From NCBI GenBank assembly GCA_964016885.1, contig OZ024743.1, forward strand, positions 138,694,001 to 138,758,000: a stretch of 64,000 bases of DNA, given 5' to 3'. Position numbers and translations under genes: made by a program. Positions 46,433 to 60,419 of this stretch are shown piece after piece; position 1 is the stretch's first letter; each line of letters starts with the position of its first letter. The stretch is from Eledone cirrhosa (taxonomy: Eukaryota). The notes below the pieces were generated by a model. The model was not told the origin of the DNA. It was given only the letters and a program-made list of their open reading frames with translations, and did not search any database.

Positions 46433-49400
46433 CAAACATCAAACACCAATCACGAATCACCAAACAGCAAACAGCAAACACCAAACACCAAACACCAAAC
46501 ACCAAGCACCAAGCACCAAACACCAAACACCAAGCACCAAGCACCAAACACCAAATACCAAGCACCAAGCACCAAGCACCAAGCACCAAACACCAAGCAC
46601 CAAGCACCAAGCACCAAACACCAAGCACCAAACACCAAGCACCAGACACGAAGCACCAAGCACCAAATACCAAGCACCAAAAACCAAGCACCAAGCTCCA
46701 AGGACCAAACACCAAGCACCAAACACCAAACACCAAGCACCAAGCATGAAACACCAAGCACCAAGCGCCAAACACCAAACACCAAGCACCAAGCACCAAA
46801 TACCAAGCACCAAGCACCAAGCACCAAGCACCAAACACCAAACACCAAACACCAAACAGCAAACAGCAAACTCCAAACACCAAACACCAAACAGCAAACA
46901 CCAAACACCAAACAGCAAACACAAAACAGCAAACAGCAAACACCAAACACCAACCAGCAAACACCAAGCACCAAACACCAAGCACCAAGCAACAAGCACC
47001 AATCACCAAGCACCAAGCACTAAACACCAAACACCAAGCACCAAGCACCATGGACCAAACACCAAGCATCAAGCACCAAGCACCAAACGCCAAGCACCAA
47101 GCACCAAACACCAAGCACCAAGCACCATGCACCAAACACCAAGCACCAAAGACCAAGCACCAAATACCAAGCACCAAGCACCAAACACCAATCACCAAGC
47201 ACCAAGCACCAAACACCAAGAACCCAGCACCAATCACTGAACACCAAACACCAAGCACCAAGCACCAAGTACCAAACTCCAAACACCAAACACCAAGCAC
47301 CAAGCACCAAATCGCAAGCACCAAACACCAAGCACCAAGCACCAAACACCAAACACCAAGCACCAAGCACCATGCACCAATCACCAAACACCAAGCACCA
47401 AGCACCAAAGACCAAACACTAAGCACCAAGCACCAAGCACCAAGCACCAAGCACCAAGCCCCAAACACCAAGCACCAAACACCAAGCACCAGACACGAAG
47501 CACCAAGCACCAAATACCAAGCACCAAAAACCAAGCACCAAGCTCCAAGGACCAAACACCAAGCACCAAACACCAAACACCAAGCACCAAGCCTGAAACA
47601 CCAAGCACCAAGCGCCAAACACCAAACACCAAGCACCAAGCACCAAATACCAAGCACCAAGCACCAAGCACCAAGCACCAAACACCAAACACCAAACACC
47701 AAACACCAAACAGCAAACAGCAAACTCCAAACACCAAACACCAAACAGCAAACACCAAACACCAAACAGCAAACACCAAACAGCAAACACCAAACACCAA
47801 CCAGCAAACACCAAACACCAAACACCAAACAGCAAACGCCAAACATCAAACGCCAAACACCAAACGCCAAACAGCAAACGCCAAACACCAAACGCCAAAC
47901 AGTAAGCACCAAGCACCAAACACCAAACACCAAGCACCAAGCACCAAACACCAAACACCAAGCACCAAGCACCAAACACCAAACACCAAGCACCAAGCAC
48001 TAAACACCAAACACCAAGCACCAAGCACCAAGCCCCAAACACCAAGCGCCAAACACCAAGCACCAAACACCAAGCACCAAACACCAAGCACCAAACACCA
48101 AGCACCAAGCACCAAGCACCAAACACCAAGCACCAAGCACCAAACACCAACCAGCAAACACCAAACACCAAACACCAAACAGCAAACACCAAACACCAAA
48201 CACCAAATAGCAAACGCCAAAAAGCAAACGCCAAACCCCAAACGCCAAACAGCAAACGCCAAGCACCAAACACCAAACACCAAGCGCCAAGCACCAAACA
48301 CCAAACACCAAGCACCAAGCACCAAACACCAAACACCAAGCACCAAGCACCAAAGAGCAAACACCAAGCCCCAAGCACCAAACACCCAACACCAAACACC
48401 AAACATCAAACACCAATCACGAATCACCAAACAGCAAACAGCAAACACCAAACACCAAACACCAAACACCAAGCACCAAGCACCAAACACCAAACACCAA
48501 GCACCAAGCACCAAACACCAAATACCAAGCACCAAGCACCAAGCACCAAGCACCAAACACCAAGCACCATGCACGAAGCACCAAGCACCAAATACCAAGC
48601 ACCAAGCACCAAACACCAAACACCAAACACCAAACAGCAAACAGCAAACTCCAAACACCAAGCACCAAACACCAAGCACCAAACACCAAGCACCAGACAC
48701 GAAGCACCAAGCACCAAATACCAAGCACCAAAAACCAAGCACCAAGCTCCAAGGACCAAACACCAAGCACCAAACACCAAACACCAAGCACCAAGCATGA
48801 AACACCAAGCACCAAGCGCCAAACACCAAAAACCAAGCACCAACCACCAAATACCAAGCACCAAGCACCAAGCACCAAGCACCAAACACCAAACACCAAA
48901 CACCAAACAGCAAACAGCAAACTCCAAACACCAAACACCAAACAGAAAACACCAAAAACCAAACAGCAAACACCAAACAGCAAACAGCAAACACCAAACA
49001 CCAACCAGCAAACACCAAGCTCCAAACTCCAAGCACCAAGCAACAAGCACCAATCACCAAGCACCAAGCACTAAACACCAAACCCCAAGCACCAAGCACC
49101 ATGGACCAAACAACAAGCATCAAGCACCAAGCACCAAACGCCAATCACCAAGCACCAAACACCAAGCACCAAGCACCATGCACCAAACACCAAGCACCAA
49201 AGACCAAGCACCAAATACCAAGCACCAAGCACCAAACACCAATCACCAAGCACCAAGCACCAAACACCAAGAACCCAGCACCAATCACTAAACACCAAAC
49301 ACCAAGCACCAAGCACCAAATCCCAAGCACCAAACACCAAGCACCAAGCACCAAACACCAAACACCAAGCACCAAGCACCATGCACCAATCACCAAACAC

Positions 49401-51110
49401 CAAGCACCAAGCACCAAACACCAAACACCAAGCACCAAGCACCAAACACCAAACACCAAGCACCTAGCACCAAGCACCAAGCACCAAGCACCAAACACCA
49501 AGCACCAAACACCAAGCCCCAAACACCAAGCACCAAACACCAAGCACCAGACACGAAGCACCAAGCACCAAATACCAAGCCCCAAAAACCAAGCACCAAG
49601 CTCCAAGGACCAAACACCATGCACCAAACACCAAACACCAAGCACCAAGCATGAAACACCAAGCACCAAGCGCCAAACACCAAACACCAAGCACCAAGCA
49701 CCAAATACCAAGCACCAAGCACCAAGCACCAAGCACCAAACACCAAACACCAAACACCAAACACCAAACAGCAAACAGCAAACTCCAAACACCAAACACC
49801 AAACAGCAAACACCAAACACCAAACAGCAAACACCAAACAGCAAACACCAAACACCAAACACCAACCAGCAAACACCAAACACCAAACACCAAACAGCAA
49901 ACGCCAAACATCAAACGCCAGACACCAAACGCCAAACAGCAAACGCCAAACACCAAACGCCAAACAGCAAGCACCAAGCACCAAACACCAAACACCAAGC
50001 ACCAAGCACCAAACACCAAACACCAAGCACCAAGCACCAAACACCAAACACCAAGCACCAAGCACTAAACACCAAACACCAAGCACCAAGCACCAAGCAC
50101 CAAACACCAAGCACCAAACACCAAGCACCAAACACCAAGCACCAAGCACCAAGCACCAAGCACCAAACACCAAGCACCAAGCACCAAACACCAACCAGCA
50201 AACACCAAACACCAAACACCAAACAGCAAACACCAAACACCAAACACCAAATAGCAAACGCCAAAAAGCAAACGCCAAGCCCCAAACGCCAAACAGCAAA
50301 CGCCAAGCACCAAACACCAAACACCAAGCGCCAAGCACCAAACACCAAACACCAAGCACCAAGCACCAAACACCAAACACCAAGCACCAAGCACCAAAGA
50401 GCAAACACCAAACACCAAACAGCAAACACCAAACACCAAACAGCAAACACCAAACAGCAAACACCAAACACCAAACACCAACCAGCAAACACCAAACACC
50501 AAACACCAAACAGCAAACGCCAAACATCAAGCACCAAGCACCAAACACCAAACACCAAGCACCAAGCACCAAACACCAAACACCAAGCACCAAGCACTAA
50601 ACACCAAACACCAAGCACCAAGCACCAAGCACCAAACACCAAGCACCAAACACCAAGCACCAAACACCAAGCACCAAGCACCAAGCACCAAGCACCAAAC
50701 ACCAAGCACCAAGCACCAAACACCAACCAGCAAACACCAAACACCAAACACCAAACAGCAAACACCAAACACCAAACACCAAATAGCAAACGCCAAAAAG
50801 CAAACGCCAAGCCCCAAACGCCAAACAGCAAACGCCAAGCACCAAACACCAAACACCAAGCGCCAAGCACCAAACACCAAACACCAAGCACCAAGCACCA
50901 AACACCAAACACCAAGCACCAAGCACCAAAGAGCAAACACCAAGCCCCAAGCACCAAACACCCAACACCAAACACCAAACATCAAACACTAATCACGAAT
51001 CACCAAACAGCAAACAGCAAACACCAAACACCAAACACCAAACACCAAGCACCAAACACCAAACACCAAGCACCAAGCACCAAACACCAAACACCAAGCA
51101 CCAAGCACTA
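46416..51110 (-). repeat. Right-arm higher-order repeat, period ~2.0-2.6 kb, with an internal 532-bp duplication
   Basis: Marker cacgaatcacc at 46451, 48418 and 50994 (spacing 1967, 2576). ccatggacc at ~47048 and ~49099. ORF ends 50065/50597 differ by 532. Confidence 0.85.
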
Positions 51111-52689
51111 AACACCAAACACCAAGCAGCAAGCACCAAGCACCAAACACCAAGCACCAAGCACCAGGCACCAAACACCAAGCACCAAGCACCAGACACC
51201 AAAAACCAAGCACCAAACAACAAGCACCAAACACCAAGCACCAAGCACCAAGCACCAGATACCAAGCACCAAGCACCAAGCACCAAACACCAAACACCAA
51301 GCACCAAGTACCACGCACCAAACACCAAACACCAAGCACCAAACACCAAGCACCAAGCACCAAACGCCAAACCCCAAACGCCAAACAGCAAATGCCAAAC
51401 CCCAAATGCCAAACAGCAAACGCCAAGCACCAAACACCAAACACCTAGCACCAAGCACCAAACCCCAAACACCAAACACCAAGTACAAAACACCAACCAC
51501 CAAGCACCAAACACCAAACAGCAAACGCCAAAAAGCAAATGCCAAACCCCATACGCCAAACAGGAAATGCCAAACCCCAAACGCCAAACAGCAAACGCCA
51601 AGCACCAAACGCCAAACACCAAGTGCCAAGCACCAAACACCAAACACCAAGCACCAAGCACCAAACACCAAACACCAAGCAGCAATCACCAAACACCAAG
51701 CACCAAGCGCCAAACACCAAACACCAAACTCCTAGCACCAAGCACCAAGCACCAAACACCAAGCACCAAACACCAAGCACCAAGCACAAAGCACCAAGCA
51801 CCAAACACCAATCACCAAGCCCCAAGCACCAAACACCAAACACCAAGCACCAAGCACCAAGCACCAAGCACCAGACACCAAACACCAAGCACGAAGCACC
51901 AAACACCAAAAACCAATCACCAAGCCCCAAGTACCAAACACCAAGCACCAAACACCAAACAGCAAACACTAAACAACAAACTCCAAACAGCAAACACCAA
52001 ACACCAAATATCAAACACCAAACAGCAAACACCAAACAGCAAACAGCAAACACCAAACACCAACCGGCAAACACCAAACAGCAAACACCAAACAGCAAAC
52101 GCCAAACAGCAAACACAAACACCAAACACCAAACACCAAGCACCAAGCACCAAGCACAAAACACCAAGCACCAAGCGCCAAACACCAAACACCAAGCACC
52201 AAGCACCAAGCACCAAGCACCAAACACCAAACACCAAACACCAAACAGCAAACACCAATCACCAAACACCAAACACGAAACACCAAACAGCAAACACCAA
52301 ACACCAAACACCAAACACCAAACAGCAAACACCAAACACCAAACACCAAACAGCAAACACCAAACAGCAAACACCAAACAGCAAACACCAAACAGCAAAC
52401 ACCAAACAGCAAACAGCAAACAGCAAACAGCAAACACCAAACACCAAGCACCAAACACCAAGCACCAAGCAACAAGCGCCAATCAGCAAGCACCAAGCAC
52501 TAAACACCAAACACCAAGCACCAAGCACCATGCACCAAACACCAAGCATGAAGCACCAAGCACCAAACGCCAAGCACCAAGCACCAAACACCAAGCACCA
52601 AGCACCAAGCACCAGACACCAAGCACCAAAGACCAAGCACCAAATACCAAGCACCAAGCCCTAAACACCAATCACCAAGCCCCAAGCAC

Positions 52690-54180
52690 CAAACACCAAG
52701 AACCAAGCACCAAAACACCAAAAACCAAGCACCAAGCACTAAACACCAAGCACCAAGCACCAAGCATCAAGCACCAAGCACCAAGCACCAAGCACCAAAC
52801 ACGAAGCACCAAGCACCAGGCACCAAACAGCAAATACCAAGCACCAAACACCAAGCACCAAGCACCAAACACCAAACACCAAGCACCAAACAGCAAACAC
52901 CAAACAGCAAACACCAAACACCAAACACCAACCAGCAAACACCAAACACAAATCACCAAGCCCCAAGCACCAAACACCAAGCACCAAGCACCAAGCACCC
53001 AGAACCAAGCACCAAGCACCAAAGACCAAACAACAAGCACCAAGCACCAAACACCAAACACCTAGCACCAAGCACCAAGCACCAAGCACCAAACACCATG
53101 CACCAAGCACGAAGCACCAAACACCAAGAACCAAGCACCAAAACACCAAAAACCAAGAACCAAGCACCTAAACACCAAACACCAAGCACCAAGCACCAGA
53201 CACCAAACACCAAGCACCAAACAGCAAGCATCAAGCACCAAGCACCAAGCACCAAGCACCAAACACCAATCATCAAGCACCAAACAGCAAACACCAAGCA
53301 CCAAACACCAAACACCAAGCACCAAGCACCAAACACCAAACACCAAGCACCAAGCACCAAACACCAAACACCAAGCACCAAACAGCAAACACCAAACAGC
53401 AAACACCAAACACCAAACACCAACCAGCAAACACCAAACACCAAACACCAAACCACAAACACCAAACAGCAAACACCAAACAGCAAACACCAAACACCAA
53501 TCACCAAGCCCCAAGCACCAGTCACCAAGCACCAAGCACCAAGCACCCAGAACCAAGCACCAAGCACCAAAGACCAAACACCAAGCACCAAGCACCAAAC
53601 ACCAAACACCAAGCACCAAGCACCAAGCACCAAACACCATGCACCAAGCACGAAGCACCAAACACCAAGAACCAAGCACCAAAACACCAAAAACCAAGAA
53701 CCAAGCACCAAAACACCAATAACCAAGCACCAAGCACTAAACACCAAGCACCAAGCACCAAGCATCAAGCACCAAGCACCAAGCACCAAGCACCAAACAC
53801 CAATCATCAAGCACCAAACAGCAAACACCAAGCACCAAACACCAAACACCAAGCACCAAGCACCAAACACCAAACACCAAACACCAAACAGCAAACACCA
53901 AACAGCAAACACCAAACACCAAACACCAACCAGCAAACACGAAACACCAAACCACAAACACCAAACAGCAAACACCAAACAGCAAACACCAAACACCAAT
54001 CACCAAGCCCCAAGCACCAAACACCAAGCACCAAGCACCAAGCACCCAGAACCAAGCACCAAGCACCAAAGACCAAACACCAAGCACCAAGCACCAAACA
54101 CCAAACACCAAGCACCAAGCACCAAGCACCAAGCACCAAACACCATGCACCAAGCACGAAGCACCAAACACCAAAAACCA
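52690..54180 (-). repeat. About three tandem copies of a ~0.5 kb block
   Basis: Marker ccatgcaccaagcacgaagcacc at ~53096, ~53637 and ~54143. cacccagaacc at ~52996, ~53544 and ~54043. Confidence 0.8.
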
Positions 54181-54449
54181 ATCACCAAGCACCAAAGAGC
54201 AAACACCAAGCCCCAAGCACCAAACACCAAACACCAAACACCAAACAGCAAACACTAAACACCAAACACCAAACAGCAAACACCAAACACCAAATATCAA
54301 ACACCAAACAGCAAACACCAAACAGCAAACAGCAAACACCAAACACCAACCAGCAAACACCAAACAGCAAACACCAAACAGCAAACGCCAAACAGCAAAC
54401 ACAAACACCAAACACCAAACACCAAGCACCAAGCACCAAGCACAAAACA

Positions 54450-57400
54450 CCAAGCACCAAGCGCCAAACACCAAACACCAAGCACCAAGCACCAAGCACC
54501 AAGCACCAAACACCAAACAGCAAACACCAAACAGCAAACAGCAAACAGCAAACACCAAACACCAAACACCAAGCACCAAACACCAAGCACCAAGCAACAA
54601 GCACCAATCAGCAAGCAGCAAGCACTAAACACCAAACACCAAGCACCAAGCACCATGCACCAAACACCAAGCATGAAGCACCAAGCACCAAACGCCAAGC
54701 ACCAAGCAACAAACACCAAGCACCAAGCACCAAGCACCAAGCACCAAGCACCAAACACCAAGCACCAAAGACCAAGCACCAAATACCAAGCACCAAGCAC
54801 CAAACACCAATCACCAAGCCCCAAGCACCAAACACCAAGAATTAAGCACCAATCACTAAACACCAAACACCAAGCACCAAGCACCAAACTCCAAACACCA
54901 AACACCAAGCACCAAGCACCAAATCCCAAGCACCAAACACCAAGCACCAAGCACCAAACACCAAACACCAAGCACCAAGCACCAGACACCAAGCACCAAG
55001 CACCAAGCACCAAGCACCAAAAACCAGGCACCAAGCTCCAAGCACCAAACACCAAGCACCAAACACCAAACACCAAGCACCAAGCACCAAACACCAAGCA
55101 CCAAGCGCCAAACACCAAACACCAAGAAGAAAGTACCAAACACCAACCACCAACCACCAAGCACAAAACACCAAGCACCAAGCACCAATCACCAAACACC
55201 AAGCACCAAGCACCAAACACCAAACACCAAGCACCAAGCACCAAACACCAAACACCAAATACCAAGCACCAAGCACCAAGCACCAAGCACCAAACACCAA
55301 GCACCAAGCACCAAGCACCAAACACCAAGCACCAAACACCAAACACCAAGCACCAAGCACGAAACACCAAGCACCAAGCGCCAAACACCAAACACCAAGC
55401 ACCAAGCACCAAATACCAAGCACCAAGCACAAAGAACCAAGCACCAAACACCAAACAGCAAACAGCAAACACCAAACACCAAACAGCAAACAGCAAACAG
55501 CAAACACCAAACCGCAAACACCAAACAGCAAACACCAAACACCAAACACCAACCAGCAAACACCAAACACCAAACACCAAACAGCAAACGCCAAACATCA
55601 AACGCAAAACACCAAACGCCAAACAGCAAACGCCAAACACCAAACGCCAAACAGCAAGCACCAAGCACTAAACACCAAACACCAAGCACCAAACACCAAA
55701 CACCAAGCACCAAGCACCAAACACCAAACACCAAGCACCAAGCACCAAACACCAAACACCAAGCACCAAGCACCAAGCACCAAACACCAAGCACCAAGCA
55801 CCAAGCACCAAACACCAAGCACCAAGCACCAAACACGAAGCACCAAACACCAAGCACCAAGCACCAAGCACCAAACACCAAGCACCAAACAGCAAGCACC
55901 AAACACCAAGCACCAATCACCAAAACACCAAAAACCAAGCACCACCACTAAACACCAAGCACCAAGCACCAAGCATCAAACACCAAGCACCAAGCACCAA
56001 GCACCAAACACCAAGCACCAAGCACCAGGCACCAAGCCCCAAACACCAAGCATCAAGCACCAAACAGCAAACACCAAGCACCAAACACCAAGCATCAAGC
56101 ACCAAGCACCAAGCACCAAGCACCAAACACCAAGCACCAAGCACCAGGCACCAAACACCAAACACCAAGCACCAAGCACCAAACACCAAACACCAAGCAC
56201 CAAGCACCAAACACCAAACCACAAACACCAAACAGCAAACACCAAACAGCAAACAGCAAACACCAAACACCAAACAGCAAACGCCAAAAAGCAAATGCCA
56301 AACCCCATACGCCAAACAGCAAATGCCAAACCCCAAACGCCAAACAGCAAACGCCAAGCACCAAACACCAAACACCAAGCGCCAAGCACCAAACACCAAA
56401 CACCAAGCGCCAAACACCAAACACCAAACTCCTAGCACCAAGCACTAAGCACCAAACACCAAGCACCAAACACCAAGCACAAAGCACCAAGCACCAAGCA
56501 CCAAACACCAATCACCAAGCCCCACGCACCAAACACCAAGCACCAAGCACCAAGCACCCAGAACCAAGCACCAAGCAACAAACACCAAACACCAAGCACC
56601 AAACACCAAGCACAAAGCACCAAGTACAAACACCAAGCACCAAGCACCAAACACCAAACACCAAGCACCAAGCAGCAAGCACCAAGCACCAAACACCATA
56701 CACCAAGCACGAAGCACCAAACACCAAAAACCAATCACCAAGCACCAAAGAGCAAACACCAAGCCCCAAGTACCAAACACCAAACACCAAACACCAAACA
56801 GCAAACACTAAACACCAAACTCCAAACAGCAAACACCAAACACCAAATATCAAACACCAACCAGCAAACACCAAACAGCAAACACCAAACAGCAAACACC
56901 AAACAGCAAACAGAAAACACCAAACACCAACCAGCAAACACCAAGCACCAAACACCAAACAGCAAACGCCAAAAAGCAAATGCCAAACCCCATACGCCAA
57001 ACAGCAAATGCCAAATCCCAAACGCCAAACACCAAACACCAAGCGCCAAGCACCAAACACCAAACACCAAGCACCAAGCACCAAACACCAAACACCAAGC
57101 ACCAATCACCAAACACCAAGCACCAATCGCCAAACACCAAACACCAAACTCCTAGCACCAAGCACCAAGCACCTAACACCAAGCACCAAACACCAAGCAC
57201 CAAGCACCAAGCACCAAGCACCAAACACCAATCACCAAGCCCCAAGCACCAAATAACAAGCACCAAGCACCAAGCACCCAGAACCAAGCACCAAGCACCA
57301 AGCTCCAAGCACCAAGCACCAAGCACCAAACACCAAACACCAAGCACCAAGCACCAAACACCAAGCACCAAGCGCCAAACACCAAACACCAAGAACAAAG

Positions 57401-60070
57401 TACCAAACACCAAGCACCAACCACCAAGCACAAAACACCAAGCACCAAGCACCAAGCACCAAACACCAAGCACCAAGCACCAAGCACCAAACACCAAACA
57501 CCAAGCACCAAGCACCAAGCACCAAGCACCAAACACCAAACAGCAAACACCAAACAGCAAACAGCAAACAGCAAACACCAAACACCAAACACCAAGCACC
57601 AAACACCAAGCACCAAGCAACAAGCACCAATCAGCAAGCAGCAAGCACTAAACACCAAACACCAAGCACCAAGCACCATGCACCAAACACCAAGCATGAA
57701 GCACCAAGCACCAAACGCCAAGCACCAAGCAACAAACACCAAGCACCAAGCACCAAGCACCAAGCACCAAACACCAAGCACCAAAGACCAAGCACCAAAT
57801 ACCAAGCACCAAGCACCAAACACCAATCACCAAGCCCCAAGCACCAAACACCAAGAATTAAGCACCAATCACTAAACACTAAACACCAAGCACCAAGCAC
57901 CAAACTCCAAACACCAAACACCAAGCACCAAGCACCAAATCCCAAGCACCAAACACCAAGCACCAAGCACCAAACACCAAACACCAAGCACCAAGCACCA
58001 GACACCAAGCACCAAGCACCAAGCACCAAGCACCAAAAACCAAGCACCAAGCTCCAAGCACCAAACACCAAGCACCAAACACCAAACACCAAGCACCAAG
58101 CACCAAACACCAAGCACCAAGCGCCAAACACCAAACACCAAGAACAAAGTACCAAACACCAACCACCAACCACCAAGCACAAAACACCAAGCACCAAGCA
58201 CCAATCACCAAACACCAAGCACCAAGCACCAAACACCAAACACCAAGCACCAAGCACCAAACACCAAACACCAAGCCCCAAGCACCAAACACCAAATACC
58301 AAGCACCAAGCACCAAGTACCAAGCACCAAACACCAAGCACCAAACACCAAACACCAAGCACCAAGCACGAAACACCAAGCACCAAGCGCCAAACACCAA
58401 ACACCAAGCACCAAGCACCAAATACCAAGCACCAAGCACAAAGAACCAAGCACCAAACACCAAGCACCAAGCACCAGGCACCAAACACCAAACACCAAGC
58501 ACCAAGCACCAAACACCAAACACCAAGCACCAAGCACCAAACACCAAACCACAAACACCAAACAGCAAACACCAAACAGCAAACAGCAAACACCAAACAC
58601 CAAACAGCAAACGCCAAAAAGCAAATGCCAAACCCCATACGCCAAACAGCAAATGCCAAACCCCAAACGCCAAACAGCAAACGCCAAGCACCAAACACCA
58701 AACACCAAGCGCCAAGCACCAAACACCAAACACCAAGCACCAATCACCAAACACCAAGCACCAAGCGCCAAGCACTAAGCACCAAACACCAAGCACCAAA
58801 CACCAAGCACCAAGCACCAAGCACCAAGCACCAAACACCAATCACCAAGCCCCACGCACCAAACACCAAGCACCAAGCACCAAGCACCCAGAACCAAGCA
58901 CCAAGCAACAAACACCAAACACCAAGCACCAAGCACCAAACACCAAACACCAAGCACCAAGCAGCAAGCACCAAGCACCAAACACCATACACCAAGCACG
59001 AAGCACCAAACACCAAAAACCAATCACCAAGCACCAAAGAGCAAACACCAAGCCCCAAGTACCAAACACCAAACACCAAACACCAAACAGCAAACACTAA
59101 ACACCAAACTCCAAACAGCAAACACCAAACACCAAATATCAAACACCAACCAGCAAACACCAAACAGCAAACACCAAACAGCAAACACCAAACAGCAAAC
59201 AGAAAACACCAAACACCAACCAGCAAACACTAAGCACCAAACACCAAACAGCAAACGCCAAAAAGCAAATGCCAAACCCCATACGCCAAACAGCAAATGC
59301 CAGATCCCAAACGCCAAACAGCAAACGCCAAGCGCCAAACACCAAACACCAAGCGCCAAGCACCAAACACCAAACACCAAGCACCAAGCACCAAACACCA
59401 AACACCAAGCACCAATCACCAAACACCAAGCACCAATCGCCAAACACCAAACACCAAACTCCTAGCACCAAGCACCAAGCACCAAACACCAAGCACCAAA
59501 CACCAAGCACCAAGCACCAAGCACCAAGCACCAAACACCAAAAACCAAGCACCAAGCACTAAACACCAAGCACCAAGCACCGAGCACCAAACACCAAGTA
59601 CCAAGCACCAATCACCAAACACCAAGCACCAAGCACCAAACACCAAACACCAAACACCAAGCACCAAGCACCAAACACCAAACACCAAGAACCAAGCACC
59701 AAAAACCAAACACCAGGCACCAAGGACCAAGCACCAAGCACCAAGCAAAAAACACAAAGCACCAAGCACCAAGCACCAAGCACCAAACACCAATCACCAA
59801 GCCCCAAGCACCAAATAACAAGCACCAAGCACCAAGCACCCAGAACCAAGCACCAAGCACCAAGCTCCAAGCACCAAGCACCAAGCACCAAACACCAAAC
59901 ACCAAGCACCAAGCACCAAACACCAAGCACCAAGCGCCAAACACCAAACACCAAGAACAAAGTACCAAACACCAAGCACCAACCACCAAGCACAAAACAC
60001 CAAGCACCAAGCACCAAGCACCAAACACCAAGCACCAAGCACCAAGCACCAAACACCAAACACCAAGCGC
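54450..60070 (-). repeat. Interleaved right-arm duplications with offsets ~2.3-3.0 kb
   Basis: ORF offsets 54608/57631 and 54655/57678 (3023), 56512/58842 (2330), 57232/59794 (2562). Markers agaattaagc (~54838, ~57854) and ccatacacc (~56696, ~58985). Confidence 0.8.
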
Positions 60071-60419
60071 CAACCGCCAAACACCAAATACCAAGCACCA
60101 AGCACTAAACACCAAACACCAAGCACCAAGCACCAAGCACCAAGCACCAAGCACCAAACACCAAGTACCAAGCACCAAGCACCAAACACCAAACACCAAA
60201 CACCAAGCACCAAGCACCAAACACCAAACACCAAGCACCAAGCACCAGACACCAAGCACCAAGCACCAAGCACCAATTACCAAACACCAGGCACGAAGCA
60301 CCAAACACCAAACACCAAGCACCAAGCACCAAACATCAAATACCAAGCACGAAGCACCAAGCACCAAGCACCAAATACCAAACACCAAGCAACAAGCACC
60401 AAACACCAAACACCAAACA

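Noticed and set aside
46300-46530. Fold-back chimeric read or perfect palindrome at the strand switch
   Set aside because: Variant patterns on the two sides are not reverse complements, and each side matches its own arm's internal copies. A mis-join of two different arrays is still possible without read data.
43555-47996. Long junction-spanning ORFs (44687..47023 +, 43555..46449 -, 46371..47996 -) that look like membrane-plus-hydrophilic two-domain proteins
   Set aside because: The apparent domain boundary is simply the inversion point, and equivalent ORFs exist in several frames on both strands.
46378-59818. (KHQAPST/KHQTPNT)n ORFs resembling mucin-like or RNA polymerase II CTD-like heptad proteins
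   Set aside because: The C/A strand consensus has no T and hence no stops. These are the reverse-strand equivalent of the same artefact, with no signal peptide, unique terminus or YSPTSPS similarity.
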